A DNA stretch of 64,000 nucleotides from Desulfobacterales bacterium. Its GTDB lineage: Bacteria > Desulfobacterota > Desulfobacteria > Desulfobacterales > UBA2245. Positions 1-9,319 of this stretch are shown one piece after another (the stretch's first letter is position 1; each line of letters starts with the position of its first letter). The notes under the pieces are model-generated. The model worked only from the letters and a program-made list of their open reading frames with translations. It did not search any database and had not been told where the DNA came from. The stretch is taken from NCBI GenBank assembly GCA_040771865.1, contig JAXGZF010000011.1, positions 1 to 64,000 on the forward strand, in the 5' to 3' direction. Both the position numbers and the translations under genes were made by a program.

Positions 1-477
1 TAGATCTATGCGGTTGACCTCCTCTACCGTACGCCCGGAGAACTCATATTTCGCTGTGACAGCGAAGGTTTGTGGCATGTCCGGATTCTCGGCGCCACCC
101 TCGAACACTTTAAACCCTTGTGCCAGAGCAAAGGTGATGTCTGCGCCAGGTGGAAAGGAATCGATAGTCTGGTTAAACGCCGTAAATGATGCCAAATCTC
201 GTGCCTCTGACTTCTCTCCAAACTTAAAGAATGACTTGTCCAAGGTTAGCCGTAGATTTTGCGCCGATATTCTTCCCGTATTTGACACGCGAAGATAGAA
301 GATAGGGTTATCCACCTCTAAGACAGGGGCCACGACAACATATGGCCTAGTCGTAGCAAGCGCTTCCTCCCGCATTGCATCGACAACATTTTCATTGGCT
401 CTAAGTATTTTGTAAGTTGCCCAAGCATAGAATGCGGTGATGATGACGAGCGCCCCTGTTAAAACCTCTAAAATCAT
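1..477 (-). CDS. Hypothetical protein with N-terminal membrane anchor; cassette-like ORF running off the left edge
   Basis: Not in the ORF track because it has no stop in the window. Manual translation from ATG at 477 is open to position 1: MILEVLTGALVIITAFYAWATYKILRANENVVDAMREEALATTRPYVVV... There is a hydrophobic N-terminal helix and GAGG just upstream. Confidence 0.75.
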   Translation of the reverse strand, partial: MILEVLTGALVIITAFYAWATYKILRANENVVDAMREEALATTRPYVVVAPVLEVDNPIFYLRVSNTGRISAQNLRLTLDKSFFKFGEKSEARDLASFTAFNQTIDSFPPGADITFALAQGFKVFEGGAENPDMPQTFAVTAKYEFSGRTVEEVNRIDL

Positions 478-487
478 CCCGTTACCT

Positions 488-556
488 CTCTACCGACGAG
501 TTCCACCGGAAGGCGGGTGCTCTTTTCCGCCAATCCGGTGGAACGCCGGGTTAAGC
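488..556 (-). other. Degenerate integron attC-like recombination site
   Basis: Minus strand reads GCTTAAC (RYYYAAC, overlapping the stop of the upstream ORF), CCGGC, GTTCCACCGGA...TCCGGTGGAAC, TCGTC, GGTAGAG. The architecture fits attC, but R' is GGT instead of GTT. Confidence 0.65.
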
Positions 557-1642
557 GTCGTTCATAGGATGCCATTTGCGAATCTCCTGCTCGCCTGCTA
601 AAATCAGTTCGTCAATAGATGGTTGGTCGTCAATTCTTTTCGCCAAACGATTCGGATTTTCAGTGTCTCTGTAATATTGGAAAATCTTAGAATAGAGTCG
701 GGTATTAGCTTTTATACCCCACAGGCTATCAAACAACTCACGACGCTCCGTTTCAACAGCCTCATTGGAATCCGTAAAGGCAATTATACTCCTTGCGATT
801 GTATGTAGTTTCTTATCGAGAGAGCCGAGCAAGTTGATGGTGTTATTGGTACTCTGACCACGAACCATATCGAGCCACTGGTGAATTAGGGTTAGGTCCC
901 AAGTGGCGTTCTTGATTCCCGCTATGGCCCGCTCACGATCCTCTGATCGAATCTGTTTGAACAAACCCTTCTTAGGGCTGTTGGGGGAGAAATAGCAGAG
1001 CGCAAGGATTGTCGAGGGGGCAAGAAACACGTACTGGGAATACATCCAGTCGAATAGTTTTTCCGCAAGGATTTCGGCTCGCCCGCCGTATAATGTAAGC
1101 GCAGCAGTCTTCAATGCCAGAACATAGTTTCTACGCCACATTCTGAGGGGCATGGTGAAGTCAATGTCTTTCCTTGGAGGTAAGTTTTCCGGTGTTATGA
1201 ATGACGGAGAACTATCGAAACGACCTATGGCGATCTCCGCCAGGTCACGAGGATTGGTGTTGTCTGCTATCCTGAACATAGCCTCTTCGTTGTTAGCAGC
1301 CTCATTCCCTGATTCTGCCGCAACCTCGTAAAGCGCGATATTCGGTTCAATAAGTATTCCACAGCACTGGCAGAAAGCAAGTACTGCCGCTGCGACTCTA
1401 ACCTCATCAGTTACTGAAGCCCCTGTCGTCAGATTGACCCATCGAGTCAGTAGGTTTCGATCTGCCAGCAGGCAAGTGTCTGTATCGTGACCGTCTTTTT
1501 GGACAAGGTATGTTACCGGGTCGTAAACATCGGCATGTCTTGCATTAAAACCGGGAGTAAGGACGTCACGGAGACGAAGCATATCTGCTATTTGCAGCAA
1601 GGTATCGGCCGCTATCGGAAACTGATAAGACACGATCTTCAT
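551..1642 (-). CDS. Hypothetical protein, possible PIN-like nuclease fold (cassette ORF)
   Basis: 363-aa ORF with acidic motifs LLADRN, ALYE, NATWDL and SLDKKL in the order expected for PIN domains. Flanked by attC-like sequences. Confidence 0.7.
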   Translation of the reverse strand: MKIVSYQFPIAADTLLQIADMLRLRDVLTPGFNARHADVYDPVTYLVQKDGHDTDTCLLADRNLLTRWVNLTTGASVTDEVRVAAAVLAFCQCCGILIEPNIALYEVAAESGNEAANNEEAMFRIADNTNPRDLAEIAIGRFDSSPSFITPENLPPRKDIDFTMPLRMWRRNYVLALKTAALTLYGGRAEILAEKLFDWMYSQYVFLAPSTILALCYFSPNSPKKGLFKQIRSEDRERAIAGIKNATWDLTLIHQWLDMVRGQSTNNTINLLGSLDKKLHTIARSIIAFTDSNEAVETERRELFDSLWGIKANTRLYSKIFQYYRDTENPNRLAKRIDDQPSIDELILAGEQEIRKWHPMNDA

Positions 1643-1650
1643 GTGGGCCT

Positions 1651-1700
1651 TTTCAAGGACTCAGCTCGCCGTTCCCGTTGCGCGAAGCGCTGCGGAAACC
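1651..1700 (-). other. Truncated attC-like half site
   Basis: Minus strand GTTTCCG-CA-GCGC-TTC-GCGC-AA-CGGGAAC hairpin followed by GGCGAGC-TGAGTC-CTTGAAA, just before the ATG at 1642. The left arm (R''/L'') is missing. Confidence 0.4.
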
Positions 1701-1932
1701 ATTAGTAATCAGGCCAATTTGCCCTGATTATTTGATGTTAAAGGTATTTTCGGGCACATCTGCTCTGAACTGGATTTATCAAAAATGCTCGATATTGCCG
1801 ATTTATTTTTTTCATACCACTATGAAAGATTTATCCTGACTTAGATTTCTTTTCACAGATTTTTTGCGCTGCGTTTTCACGGTCAAAAAGGCTTGATGAA
1901 TATCTTGTGGTGCTTTGATGGTGCAAAGATTT

Positions 1933-1960
1933 TTTATAGCCCATAATTTTTTTACGTCAA
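1933..1960 (-). promoter_or_regulatory. Sigma70-like promoter pointing toward the cassette ORFs
   Basis: Minus strand TTGACG-16 nt-TATAAA. Confidence 0.45.
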
Positions 1961-1980
1961 GGAAAAGATTTTTAAAGGAG

Positions 1981-2130
1981 GGCTGAGGGATGAAACCATA
2001 AACTGAGGGCTGAGGGCTGAAACTTGAAACCTGAGGGATAAGATCAGAGGGATGAGACCTGAGACCTGAGAGGGCTGAAGGATGAGACCTGAGACCTGAA
2101 GATTTGAGCTTTGGGCTTTCAGTTTTGAGC
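1981..2130. repeat. Degenerate heptamer tandem repeat tract
   Basis: GGCTGAG/GGATGAG/ACCTGAG/ACCTGAA units (1981-2100), then TTTGAGC/TTTGGGC/TTTCAGT/TTTGAGC (2103-2130). Confidence 0.85.
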
Positions 2131-2258
2131 TTCCATCGGCCGGGCAACCTGCCGGCAACTTTACGCATCGCTTTGTCGCTTGCCTTCTGCGTTCGAGTCC
2201 GTTATAAAATTTGATTCATGTTTTCTTGGCCAATGGAACTCAATCAACTTGTGGATGC

Positions 2259-5200
2259 ATGATGAACGAAAAACCGCTGATTGCCGTTGTAGGAATGGCC
2301 GGAGTGTTTCCCGGCGCCCTGGACATTGACGCCTACTGGCAAAACATCGTTCAAAAGATCGATGCGATCTCAACGGTTCCGGAAAACCGGTGGATCGCCG
2401 ATCCGCAGTTCATGCTTCGCGCCGGGACGGTTCCGGACAAGGCGATTTCCAGGCGGGCCGGCCTGGTTCAGGGGTTCAGCTTCGATCCTGCGGGCATCGA
2501 TCTGGATTCAGAGCTTCTGATGGATCTGGACCCCATGCATCACATGATCCTTCATGTCGGCCGGGCCGCGCTGAGCGGGTGCAACATGGATCCGGTGGAC
2601 CGGTCCCGAATCGGAACAGTGCTGGCGGCCATCGCGCTTCCCACCGAAGGATCTTCACGCATCGCTCGAAATATACTATCCCAAGTCCTTGAAAAAAGGC
2701 TTTTTAATTCCAGCGATCAGATTCGAATCGACAGCCGGGACTACCTGTCCAGCCGGGTGACGGGCCTTCCCGGCGCCATTCTGGCCAGAGGGCTGAATCT
2801 GGGTGGCGGAAGCTTCACGCTGGACGCCGCATGCGCCTCCTCTTTGTATGCCGTCAAACTCGCCTGCGACGAGCTGACCTCGTTTCGGGCCGACGCCATG
2901 CTGGCCGGCGGGGTTTCCCGGCCCGACTGCCTTTACACCCAGGTGGGGTTCAGCCAGCTTCTGGCCCTGTCCCCCACGGGGCGCTGCGCGCCCTTTGACG
3001 CAAGCGCCGACGGGCTGGTGGTCGGCGAAGGCGCCGGCATTCTGGTTCTCAAGAGACTCGAAGACGCCGTGGCCCATAACGACGCGATTCTGGGCATCAT
3101 TCGCGGATGCGGCCTTGCCAACGACATTCGGGGCAACCTGCTCGCGCCGGACAGCGAGGGGCAGGTCCGGGCCATGCGCCGGGCCTATGATTCGGTCGGC
3201 TGGCAGCCCCGGGACGTGGACTACGTCGAATGCCACGGCACCGGCACCCCGGTGGGAGATGCGGTGGAAATCACGAGCCTGACCCGGCTCTGGGAAAACG
3301 GGTCGTGGAAGACCGGTCAATGCCCGATCGGATCGGTCAAATCCATGATCGGCCACCTGCTGACCGCAGCCGGGGCCGCGGCCCTCATCAAAACCCTTCT
3401 GGGAATGCGGCATGGGGTGTTGCCGCCCGCCTGCCATTTTCGAAAAGCGCCGGAAAACAGCCCCCTGCCCGAAAGCCCCTTCCGGGTTCAGACCGAGGCT
3501 CAGCCCTGGAAGATCCGTGAAGGATTTTTCTCGCGCCGGGCCGCGGTCAGCGCCTTTGGATTCGGCGGCATCAACGGGCATATGCTGCTGGAATCCTGGA
3601 ACCCGGACCTGTATTGCCGCAAACATCGGAAAAAAGCGGCTCCGGCATTCAAAAGCCCCTCGGCGGGTCGCCAGCACCCCGCGCCGATCGCCGTGGTCGG
3701 CATGGGAGCCGCCTTTGGAAGCATCGATTCCCTGCACGATTTTCAGGAAACCGTGTTCCAGGGAAAGACGATCTTCATCGAACGACCTGAAGCCCGATGG
3801 AAGGGCTGCGACTCTGAAATTCAAAGCCTGATCGACGGAAGGGCACGATGGGGCGGGTACATGAGCCGGCTTTCCGTGCCTTTGGGAAAATTTCACATTC
3901 CGCCCATCGAAATGCCCGATATTCTGCCCCAGCATCTTCTCATGCTCAAGGTTGCGGCAGACGCCATGCAGGACGCATCGCTTCCCCTGAGAGGGGTTCG
4001 GCCCGAAATGGGGGCCATCGTCGGCATCGACTTTGATTTTGAGGCCACGGATTTTCATCTTCGATGGGCCCTGCCGCGATGGATCGAAGCCTGGAAGCGC
4101 CGGCCCGAATGCCCGGACCCGGAAGCGCTTCAAAATCTTCTGGAAAGCTTGCAGAACGGATGCAGCGAGCCTCTGACCGCCGTCCGGACCCTGGGGGCCC
4201 TGGGCGGAATCGTGGCCAGCCGGATCTCCCGGGAGTTTCAATTCGGCGGACCGAGCTTTACCGTTTCCTGCGAGGCGGCATCGGGCCTGAGAGCCCTCGA
4301 GATTGCCGTTCGCATGCTTCAGTCCGGGGAAACCGAAACCATGCTGGTCGGCGCCGTGGATCTTGCAGGGGAGCTTCGAAGCGTTCTGACGCAAAACGCC
4401 TGCCATGCCTTTTCCCATGGCAGTGAAATACGGCCCTTTGATGCCGAGGCAGACGGCCCGCTTCCCGGAGAAGGCGCCGTGGCCCTGGTGCTAAAGCCGC
4501 TGACCAGGGCAGTTGAAGACGGCGACCGGGTTTACTGCGTCATTCGCGGGCTGGGGAGCGCCGGAGGCGGAGGCGTGGACCAGGTCGCGGCGACCGAATC
4601 CGCTTGCCGGCATTCTCTTTCCTGCGCCATGGCCGAAGCCGGGGTTCAGGCTGAATCGATCCGCTATGTCGAAACCCACGGCAGCGCCGTTCGCGAACAG
4701 GACGCCGTCGAGGCCGGGGCCCTGACCCGCGAGCTGGAATCAAAGCAAAGCGCCTGCGCCCTGGGTTCGCTCAAAGCCAGCATCGGCCATGCCGGGGCCG
4801 CATCCGGTCTGGCGTCGCTGGCAAAAACCGCCCTGTGCCTGTATCAGCAGATCATCCCTCCCCTTGCCGGGTACCGTTGTCCCGGATCTTCATTGTGGGA
4901 AGACACCCGGTTTCACATGCCCGCCGTTCCCCAGCACTGGCTTCGGGACCGGGCAAAAGGACCGAGGACCGCGGCCGTCTCATCCATGACAGCGGACGGA
5001 AACTTCATGCACGCGGTTCTGGAAGAATTCGAGCCTTCGGAAGATGCGCCGAAAACGGTTCTGGAACGCAAAAAACCCCTGGGGTTTAATTCCTGCGCGC
5101 TGTTCGCCCTGTGCGCGGATACCGATCGCGGGCTGATCGAAGCGCTCGGGGAGCTTGAAAGCCGCGTTAAGGCCGCTTCCGGTATGCCGGTCGAGGCCAT

Positions 5201-8200
5201 GGCAAGGTCCTGGCATGAAAAAAAAGGGCTGGACTGCGCCAAACCTGTGGCCGTCTGCCTGACGGCGGAGAGCATTGGCGAGCTTGAAAAATCCATCCAA
5301 TCCGCGAGACAGGCAATCGAATCCAAAAAAGAGATGCGGATCAACGGATCCGGCGCTGTTGCCTATACGCCCGGTCCGCTGGGCAAAAAGGGAAAAATCG
5401 CCTTTGTGTATCCGGGCTCCGGAAACCACTGGGTGGGAATGGGAACGGACCTCGGAACCCGGTGGCCGGAGATTCTGCGAAACATGGATGCGCGAACCCC
5501 TCAGCTCGAAGCCCAGATGAAGCCCGCCTGCTATGCGCCCTGGCGCACTGACTGGGAAGCCGGCTGGAGAGGTTCGGCCCGCGAGAATCTGATTTCCGAC
5601 GCCCTGAACATGATCTTCGGCCAGGTCGTCTACGGATCCGTGATGACGGATCTGATCCGCAGGTTCGGCCTTGCGCCCGAGGCCATGATCGGCTACAGCC
5701 TGGGAGAATCCGCGGGCCTGTTTTCCCTGGGCGCCTGGCCGGACCGCAACGAGATGCTCAAACGCATGCAGAAGACGGATCTGTTCACCACTCAGCTGGC
5801 CGGTTCATTTGACGCCGCCGCAGCGGCCTGGAACCTTCCTGCCGGCCAGAAGGTCGACTGGTGCGCGGCCATCGTCAACCGGTCGGCCGAAGCGGTCCGA
5901 TCCGCTATGAGCAAATATCCTCTGGCCCGGCTTCTCATCGTCAATACCCCGGCCGAATCGGTCATCGGCGGCCACCGGCCCCATGTCGGCGCCCTGATTC
6001 AATCTCTTCAGTGCGAGGCGATTTACCTGGAAGGGGTGGTTTCGGTTCACTGCGACGCGGTGAATCCCGTGGCCGACGCATACCGGGCGCTTCACCTGTT
6101 TCCCGCGGCCGCGCCGGAAGGCATCGATTTCTACAGCGCGGCCCTGGGAAGACGATACGAGGTGACCTCGAACGCCGCGGCCGACTCCATTCTCAAGCAG
6201 GCACAGGAAGGTTTTGATTTCACCGATCTGATCGACCGGGCCCATGCCGACGGCGTTCGCATCTTTCTGGAAATGGGACCGCACGCCTCCTGCACGCGAA
6301 TGATCGGCCGCATTCTTCAGGAAAAACCCCATCTGGCGGTTTCCGCCTCCTTCAAGGAGGAACCCGAAAGCCGCAGCGTGCCAAGGTTTCTGGCAACCCT
6401 GATCGCCCACCGGATTCCCGTTGACCTGAATTTTCTGTATGCGGACGCCGCCTTTCCGCCGGCCCTGAACGTTTCTCAAAGCAAGGAAAAGCCCAAGGAG
6501 ATGATTCGAATCATCGGCGGCAAGACCATCGCGGTTCCGGAACTTCCGGTCTGCGTTGAAAAACTTCCTGATCCGGTTCTGCCCGAAATTCCGATTTCAA
6601 AACCACTGGTTCCAGAGGAAAGCGCATCCGGTCCGCAGGCTGAAACGTCTTTTATGAATCTGATCTCGATGATGGAGGAAAACATTCAGGCCACCGCTGC
6701 GGCCCACCGGCGCTTTCTGGATCTCACTTCGGAACTGAACCGTTCCTGTGCGCAGAACATCGCGCTTCAAACCCGTCTTGTCGAAAAGATGCTCAAAGAT
6801 CCGGATTTCGCGGATGCGCCCGTTTCCATGCCTTCTGAACTCCCGCGTTCCCCGGCCCCGGCCTTTGACCGGAACATGTGCATGGAATTTGCCGTCGGAT
6901 CCCTGGCAAGGGTGTTCGGGCCGGAGTTTGCCTTGGTTGACGGTTACAAGGTCCGCGTCCGCCTGCCGGACGAGCCTCTGATGCTCGTGGACCGCATCCT
7001 GTCGGTGGAGGGCGAAAAGGGCTCGATGCAGTCCGGTCGCGTGACGACCGAACACGACGTTCAACCCGGGGCCTGGTATCTGGACGGGGGCCGGGCCCCG
7101 CTCTGCATCTCCATCGAGGCGGGACAGGCGGACCTGTTTCTCTGCTCTTATCTGGGCATCGACAAGGTGGTTCGAGGGAAACGGGCCTACCGGCTGCTGG
7201 ATGCCAGGGTGACCTTCTTCCGGGGCCGGCCCCTGGCCGGAGAGACCATCCGGTACGAGATCGAGATCGAGAAGTTCATACGCCAGGGCGAGACCCACAT
7301 GTTCTTTTTCCATTTCGACGGGTGGATCGGAAACCAGCGCCTGATTCGCATGCGAAACGGATGCGCGGGGTTTTTTACCGAGGAAGAAGTCGAAAACTCC
7401 GGCGGCATTATTCTGACGACCGAGGAAAAAGAATCCGTTCCGGGACGAAGAGATCCGGACTGCACACCCCTGGCGCCGATGCGGCGGGAATCGTATTCCG
7501 ACGCGGCGGTCAAGGCCCTTCGCCGGGGCGATGCAGCCTGTTTCGGACCGGAATTTGCCGGAATGCGCATCTCGGAGTCCATCCGCCTGCCCGAGGGCAG
7601 AATGAACCTCATCGACCGGGTCCTGAAGCTGGATCCCGAAGGCGGCCGGTACGGACTCGGATCCATTCGGGCCGAGGCCGACATTCATCCGGACGACTGG
7701 TTTCTGACCTGCCATTTCATGGATGATCCGGTGATGCCCGGAACTTTGATGTACGAGTGCTGCGCCCAGACGTTGAAGATCTTCATGCAGCGCTTCGGCT
7801 GGATCACGGACAGCCCGGATGTCTGCTACGAGCCGGTTTGCCGCGTGGAAAGCGTGCTGAGATGCCGGGGGCCGGTAACCCCGAAAACCGCAAAGGTGGT
7901 TTACGAGGTGGAAATCAGCCGGATGGGGTATGATCCCGAACCCTACGCGATCGCCGACGCCAGGATGTACGCGGACGGGCATTTCATCGTGCTGTTCAGG
8001 GACATGACCCTGAAAATGAGCGGCATCACTCGGGCAGATTTGAAATCCTTCTGGCAGAAACATGATATCGAAAATTCCCGGCCTGCAGGAAACGAAAAAC
8101 CGCTGTTTGACCAAGAGTCGATTCTGGCCTTTGCCCAGGGCAAACCCGCCTCTCAGGTCTTTGGAAAGCCCTATGGGCCTTTTGACGAGGGCCGTTTCAT

Positions 8201-9242
8201 CGCCCGGCTTCCGGCCCCTCCGTATTCCTGCCTCAGCTGCATCACCCGCATCGAGCCCGAACCCTGGGTCCTCAAACCCGATGGCTGGGTGGAGGCCCGT
8301 TTCGATGTTCCGGCCGATGCCTGGTATTTCAGGGCCAACCAGACAGACACCCTTCCCTACTGCATTCTCATGGAAGCCGCCCTTCAGACCTGCGGCTGGC
8401 TGGCCGCCTACATGGGATCGGCCCTGAAAAGCGAAAAGGATTTACGGTTCAGAAACCTCGAGGGCAGCGCCGTCTGCCATGAAAACGCGGACCGGAACTG
8501 CGGGACCCTGACCCTGCGCGCCCGCCTGACCCATGTCTCTTCCGCCGGAGCGATGATCATCGAACGCTTCGACATGCAGGCAATTAGCGCCGGAGCGCTG
8601 ATTTACGAGGGCGATACGACCTTCGGGTTTTTCACTTCAGAAGCCCTTTCCCAGCAGGTGGGCATCCGGAATTGTGAAAACCTTATCCACCTGCCGACGC
8701 CCCAGGAGCTTAAAAGCGGCCTTTCCGAGGTTTTTCCAGACCGGGCGCCGCTTTTTCCGGAGGATGCCGGCACAGGTAGTTCCGATTTTTTGGAGATGCC
8801 CGCCAAAGCCATTCGCATGATCGATGAAATTGAGGTATATATCCCTGAGGGCGGTCCGCACGGCCTGGGATTTATCCGGGGAATCAAGCGCGTCAATCCG
8901 GACGAGTGGTTTTTCAAGGCCCATTTTTTCAGAGATCCGGTGTGCCCGGGGTCTCTGGGGATCGAGTCTTTTTTGCAGCTGATCCGGTTTGCGGTCCTGA
9001 AACGCTGGCCCGGCCTGGCAAAAACCCATAACGTGGAGCTGATCGCCGATCAGGTTCACCGCTGGACCTACCGGGGCCAGATCGTTCCGGAAAACCGATG
9101 CGTGACGGTTGAAGCCGTCATCACCAGAATTCAGGAACAGCCCTGGCCGGAAATTACGGCCAGCGGCGTGCTGAAGGTGGATGGTCTGTGCATCTATGCA
9201 ATGGAGAACTTCGGGTTGCGGCTGGCGCCAAAAAGTCAATGA
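2259..9242 (+). CDS. pfaBC: PUFA-synthase-like iterative type I PKS/FAS subunit (KS-CLF-AT-FabA-like DH domains; PfaB/C fusion)
   Basis: KS triad DAACASS, HGTGT, GHLLTAAG. Second KS-like domain lacks the aligned Cys (TVSCEAASG), consistent with CLF. AT GYSLGE. FabA-type DH motifs WFLTCHFMDDPVMPG and WFFKAHFFRDPVCPG plus pseudo-DH segments. Track ORF starts at 2211; ATG at 2259/2262 preferred. Confidence 0.9.
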   Translation: MMNEKPLIAVVGMAGVFPGALDIDAYWQNIVQKIDAISTVPENRWIADPQFMLRAGTVPDKAISRRAGLVQGFSFDPAGIDLDSELLMDLDPMHHMILHVGRAALSGCNMDPVDRSRIGTVLAAIALPTEGSSRIARNILSQVLEKRLFNSSDQIRIDSRDYLSSRVTGLPGAILARGLNLGGGSFTLDAACASSLYAVKLACDELTSFRADAMLAGGVSRPDCLYTQVGFSQLLALSPTGRCAPFDASADGLVVGEGAGILVLKRLEDAVAHNDAILGIIRGCGLANDIRGNLLAPDSEGQVRAMRRAYDSVGWQPRDVDYVECHGTGTPVGDAVEITSLTRLWENGSWKTGQCPIGSVKSMIGHLLTAAGAAALIKTLLGMRHGVLPPACHFRKAPENSPLPESPFRVQTEAQPWKIREGFFSRRAAVSAFGFGGINGHMLLESWNPDLYCRKHRKKAAPAFKSPSAGRQHPAPIAVVGMGAAFGSIDSLHDFQETVFQGKTIFIERPEARWKGCDSEIQSLIDGRARWGGYMSRLSVPLGKFHIPPIEMPDILPQHLLMLKVAADAMQDASLPLRGVRPEMGAIVGIDFDFEATDFHLRWALPRWIEAWKRRPECPDPEALQNLLESLQNGCSEPLTAVRTLGALGGIVASRISREFQFGGPSFTVSCEAASGLRALEIAVRMLQSGETETMLVGAVDLAGELRSVLTQNACHAFSHGSEIRPFDAEADGPLPGEGAVALVLKPLTRAVEDGDRVYCVIRGLGSAGGGGVDQVAATESACRHSLSCAMAEAGVQAESIRYVETHGSAVREQDAVEAGALTRELESKQSACALGSLKASIGHAGAASGLASLAKTALCLYQQIIPPLAGYRCPGSSLWEDTRFHMPAVPQHWLRDRAKGPRTAAVSSMTADGNFMHAVLEEFEPSEDAPKTVLERKKPLGFNSCALFALCADTDRGLIEALGELESRVKAASGMPVEAMARSWHEKKGLDCAKPVAVCLTAESIGELEKSIQSARQAIESKKEMRINGSGAVAYTPGPLGKKGKIAFVYPGSGNHWVGMGTDLGTRWPEILRNMDARTPQLEAQMKPACYAPWRTDWEAGWRGSARENLISDALNMIFGQVVYGSVMTDLIRRFGLAPEAMIGYSLGESAGLFSLGAWPDRNEMLKRMQKTDLFTTQLAGSFDAAAAAWNLPAGQKVDWCAAIVNRSAEAVRSAMSKYPLARLLIVNTPAESVIGGHRPHVGALIQSLQCEAIYLEGVVSVHCDAVNPVADAYRALHLFPAAAPEGIDFYSAALGRRYEVTSNAAADSILKQAQEGFDFTDLIDRAHADGVRIFLEMGPHASCTRMIGRILQEKPHLAVSASFKEEPESRSVPRFLATLIAHRIPVDLNFLYADAAFPPALNVSQSKEKPKEMIRIIGGKTIAVPELPVCVEKLPDPVLPEIPISKPLVPEESASGPQAETSFMNLISMMEENIQATAAAHRRFLDLTSELNRSCAQNIALQTRLVEKMLKDPDFADAPVSMPSELPRSPAPAFDRNMCMEFAVGSLARVFGPEFALVDGYKVRVRLPDEPLMLVDRILSVEGEKGSMQSGRVTTEHDVQPGAWYLDGGRAPLCISIEAGQADLFLCSYLGIDKVVRGKRAYRLLDARVTFFRGRPLAGETIRYEIEIEKFIRQGETHMFFFHFDGWIGNQRLIRMRNGCAGFFTEEEVENSGGIILTTEEKESVPGRRDPDCTPLAPMRRESYSDAAVKALRRGDAACFGPEFAGMRISESIRLPEGRMNLIDRVLKLDPEGGRYGLGSIRAEADIHPDDWFLTCHFMDDPVMPGTLMYECCAQTLKIFMQRFGWITDSPDVCYEPVCRVESVLRCRGPVTPKTAKVVYEVEISRMGYDPEPYAIADARMYADGHFIVLFRDMTLKMSGITRADLKSFWQKHDIENSRPAGNEKPLFDQESILAFAQGKPASQVFGKPYGPFDEGRFIARLPAPPYSCLSCITRIEPEPWVLKPDGWVEARFDVPADAWYFRANQTDTLPYCILMEAALQTCGWLAAYMGSALKSEKDLRFRNLEGSAVCHENADRNCGTLTLRARLTHVSSAGAMIIERFDMQAISAGALIYEGDTTFGFFTSEALSQQVGIRNCENLIHLPTPQELKSGLSEVFPDRAPLFPEDAGTGSSDFLEMPAKAIRMIDEIEVYIPEGGPHGLGFIRGIKRVNPDEWFFKAHFFRDPVCPGSLGIESFLQLIRFAVLKRWPGLAKTHNVELIADQVHRWTYRGQIVPENRCVTVEAVITRIQEQPWPEITASGVLKVDGLCIYAMENFGLRLAPKSQ

Positions 9243-9319
9243 ATTACATTAGCTACTTTATATCAACAACTTGTTTTTTAAGGTTTTAAGAAAATAACGA
9301 AGGACGTTGAATTCAAGCC

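Noticed and set aside
1700..1930. attI site or integrase remnant
   Set aside because: No GTTRRRY core in the cassette orientation and no tyrosine-recombinase motifs.
1972..1988. Exact 17-mer TTAAAGGAGGGCTGAGG also present at 24229-24245
   Set aside because: One match of this length is not improbable in 64 kb and the flanks do not extend, so it was not accepted as a target-site or att duplication.
1981..2130. Possible CRISPR array
   Set aside because: Units are 7 bp with no unique spacers, and there are no cas genes in the window.
1812..2168. Minus-strand ORFs across the heptamer tract
   Set aside because: The repetitive peptide is a by-product of the 7-mer repeats.
2676..8114. Long antisense ORFs (2676-4418, 6597-8114) and similar shadow ORFs opposite oleC, rlmD, carB, rsmG and others
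   Set aside because: They lie opposite well-supported genes in GC-rich DNA and carry no recognisable motifs.
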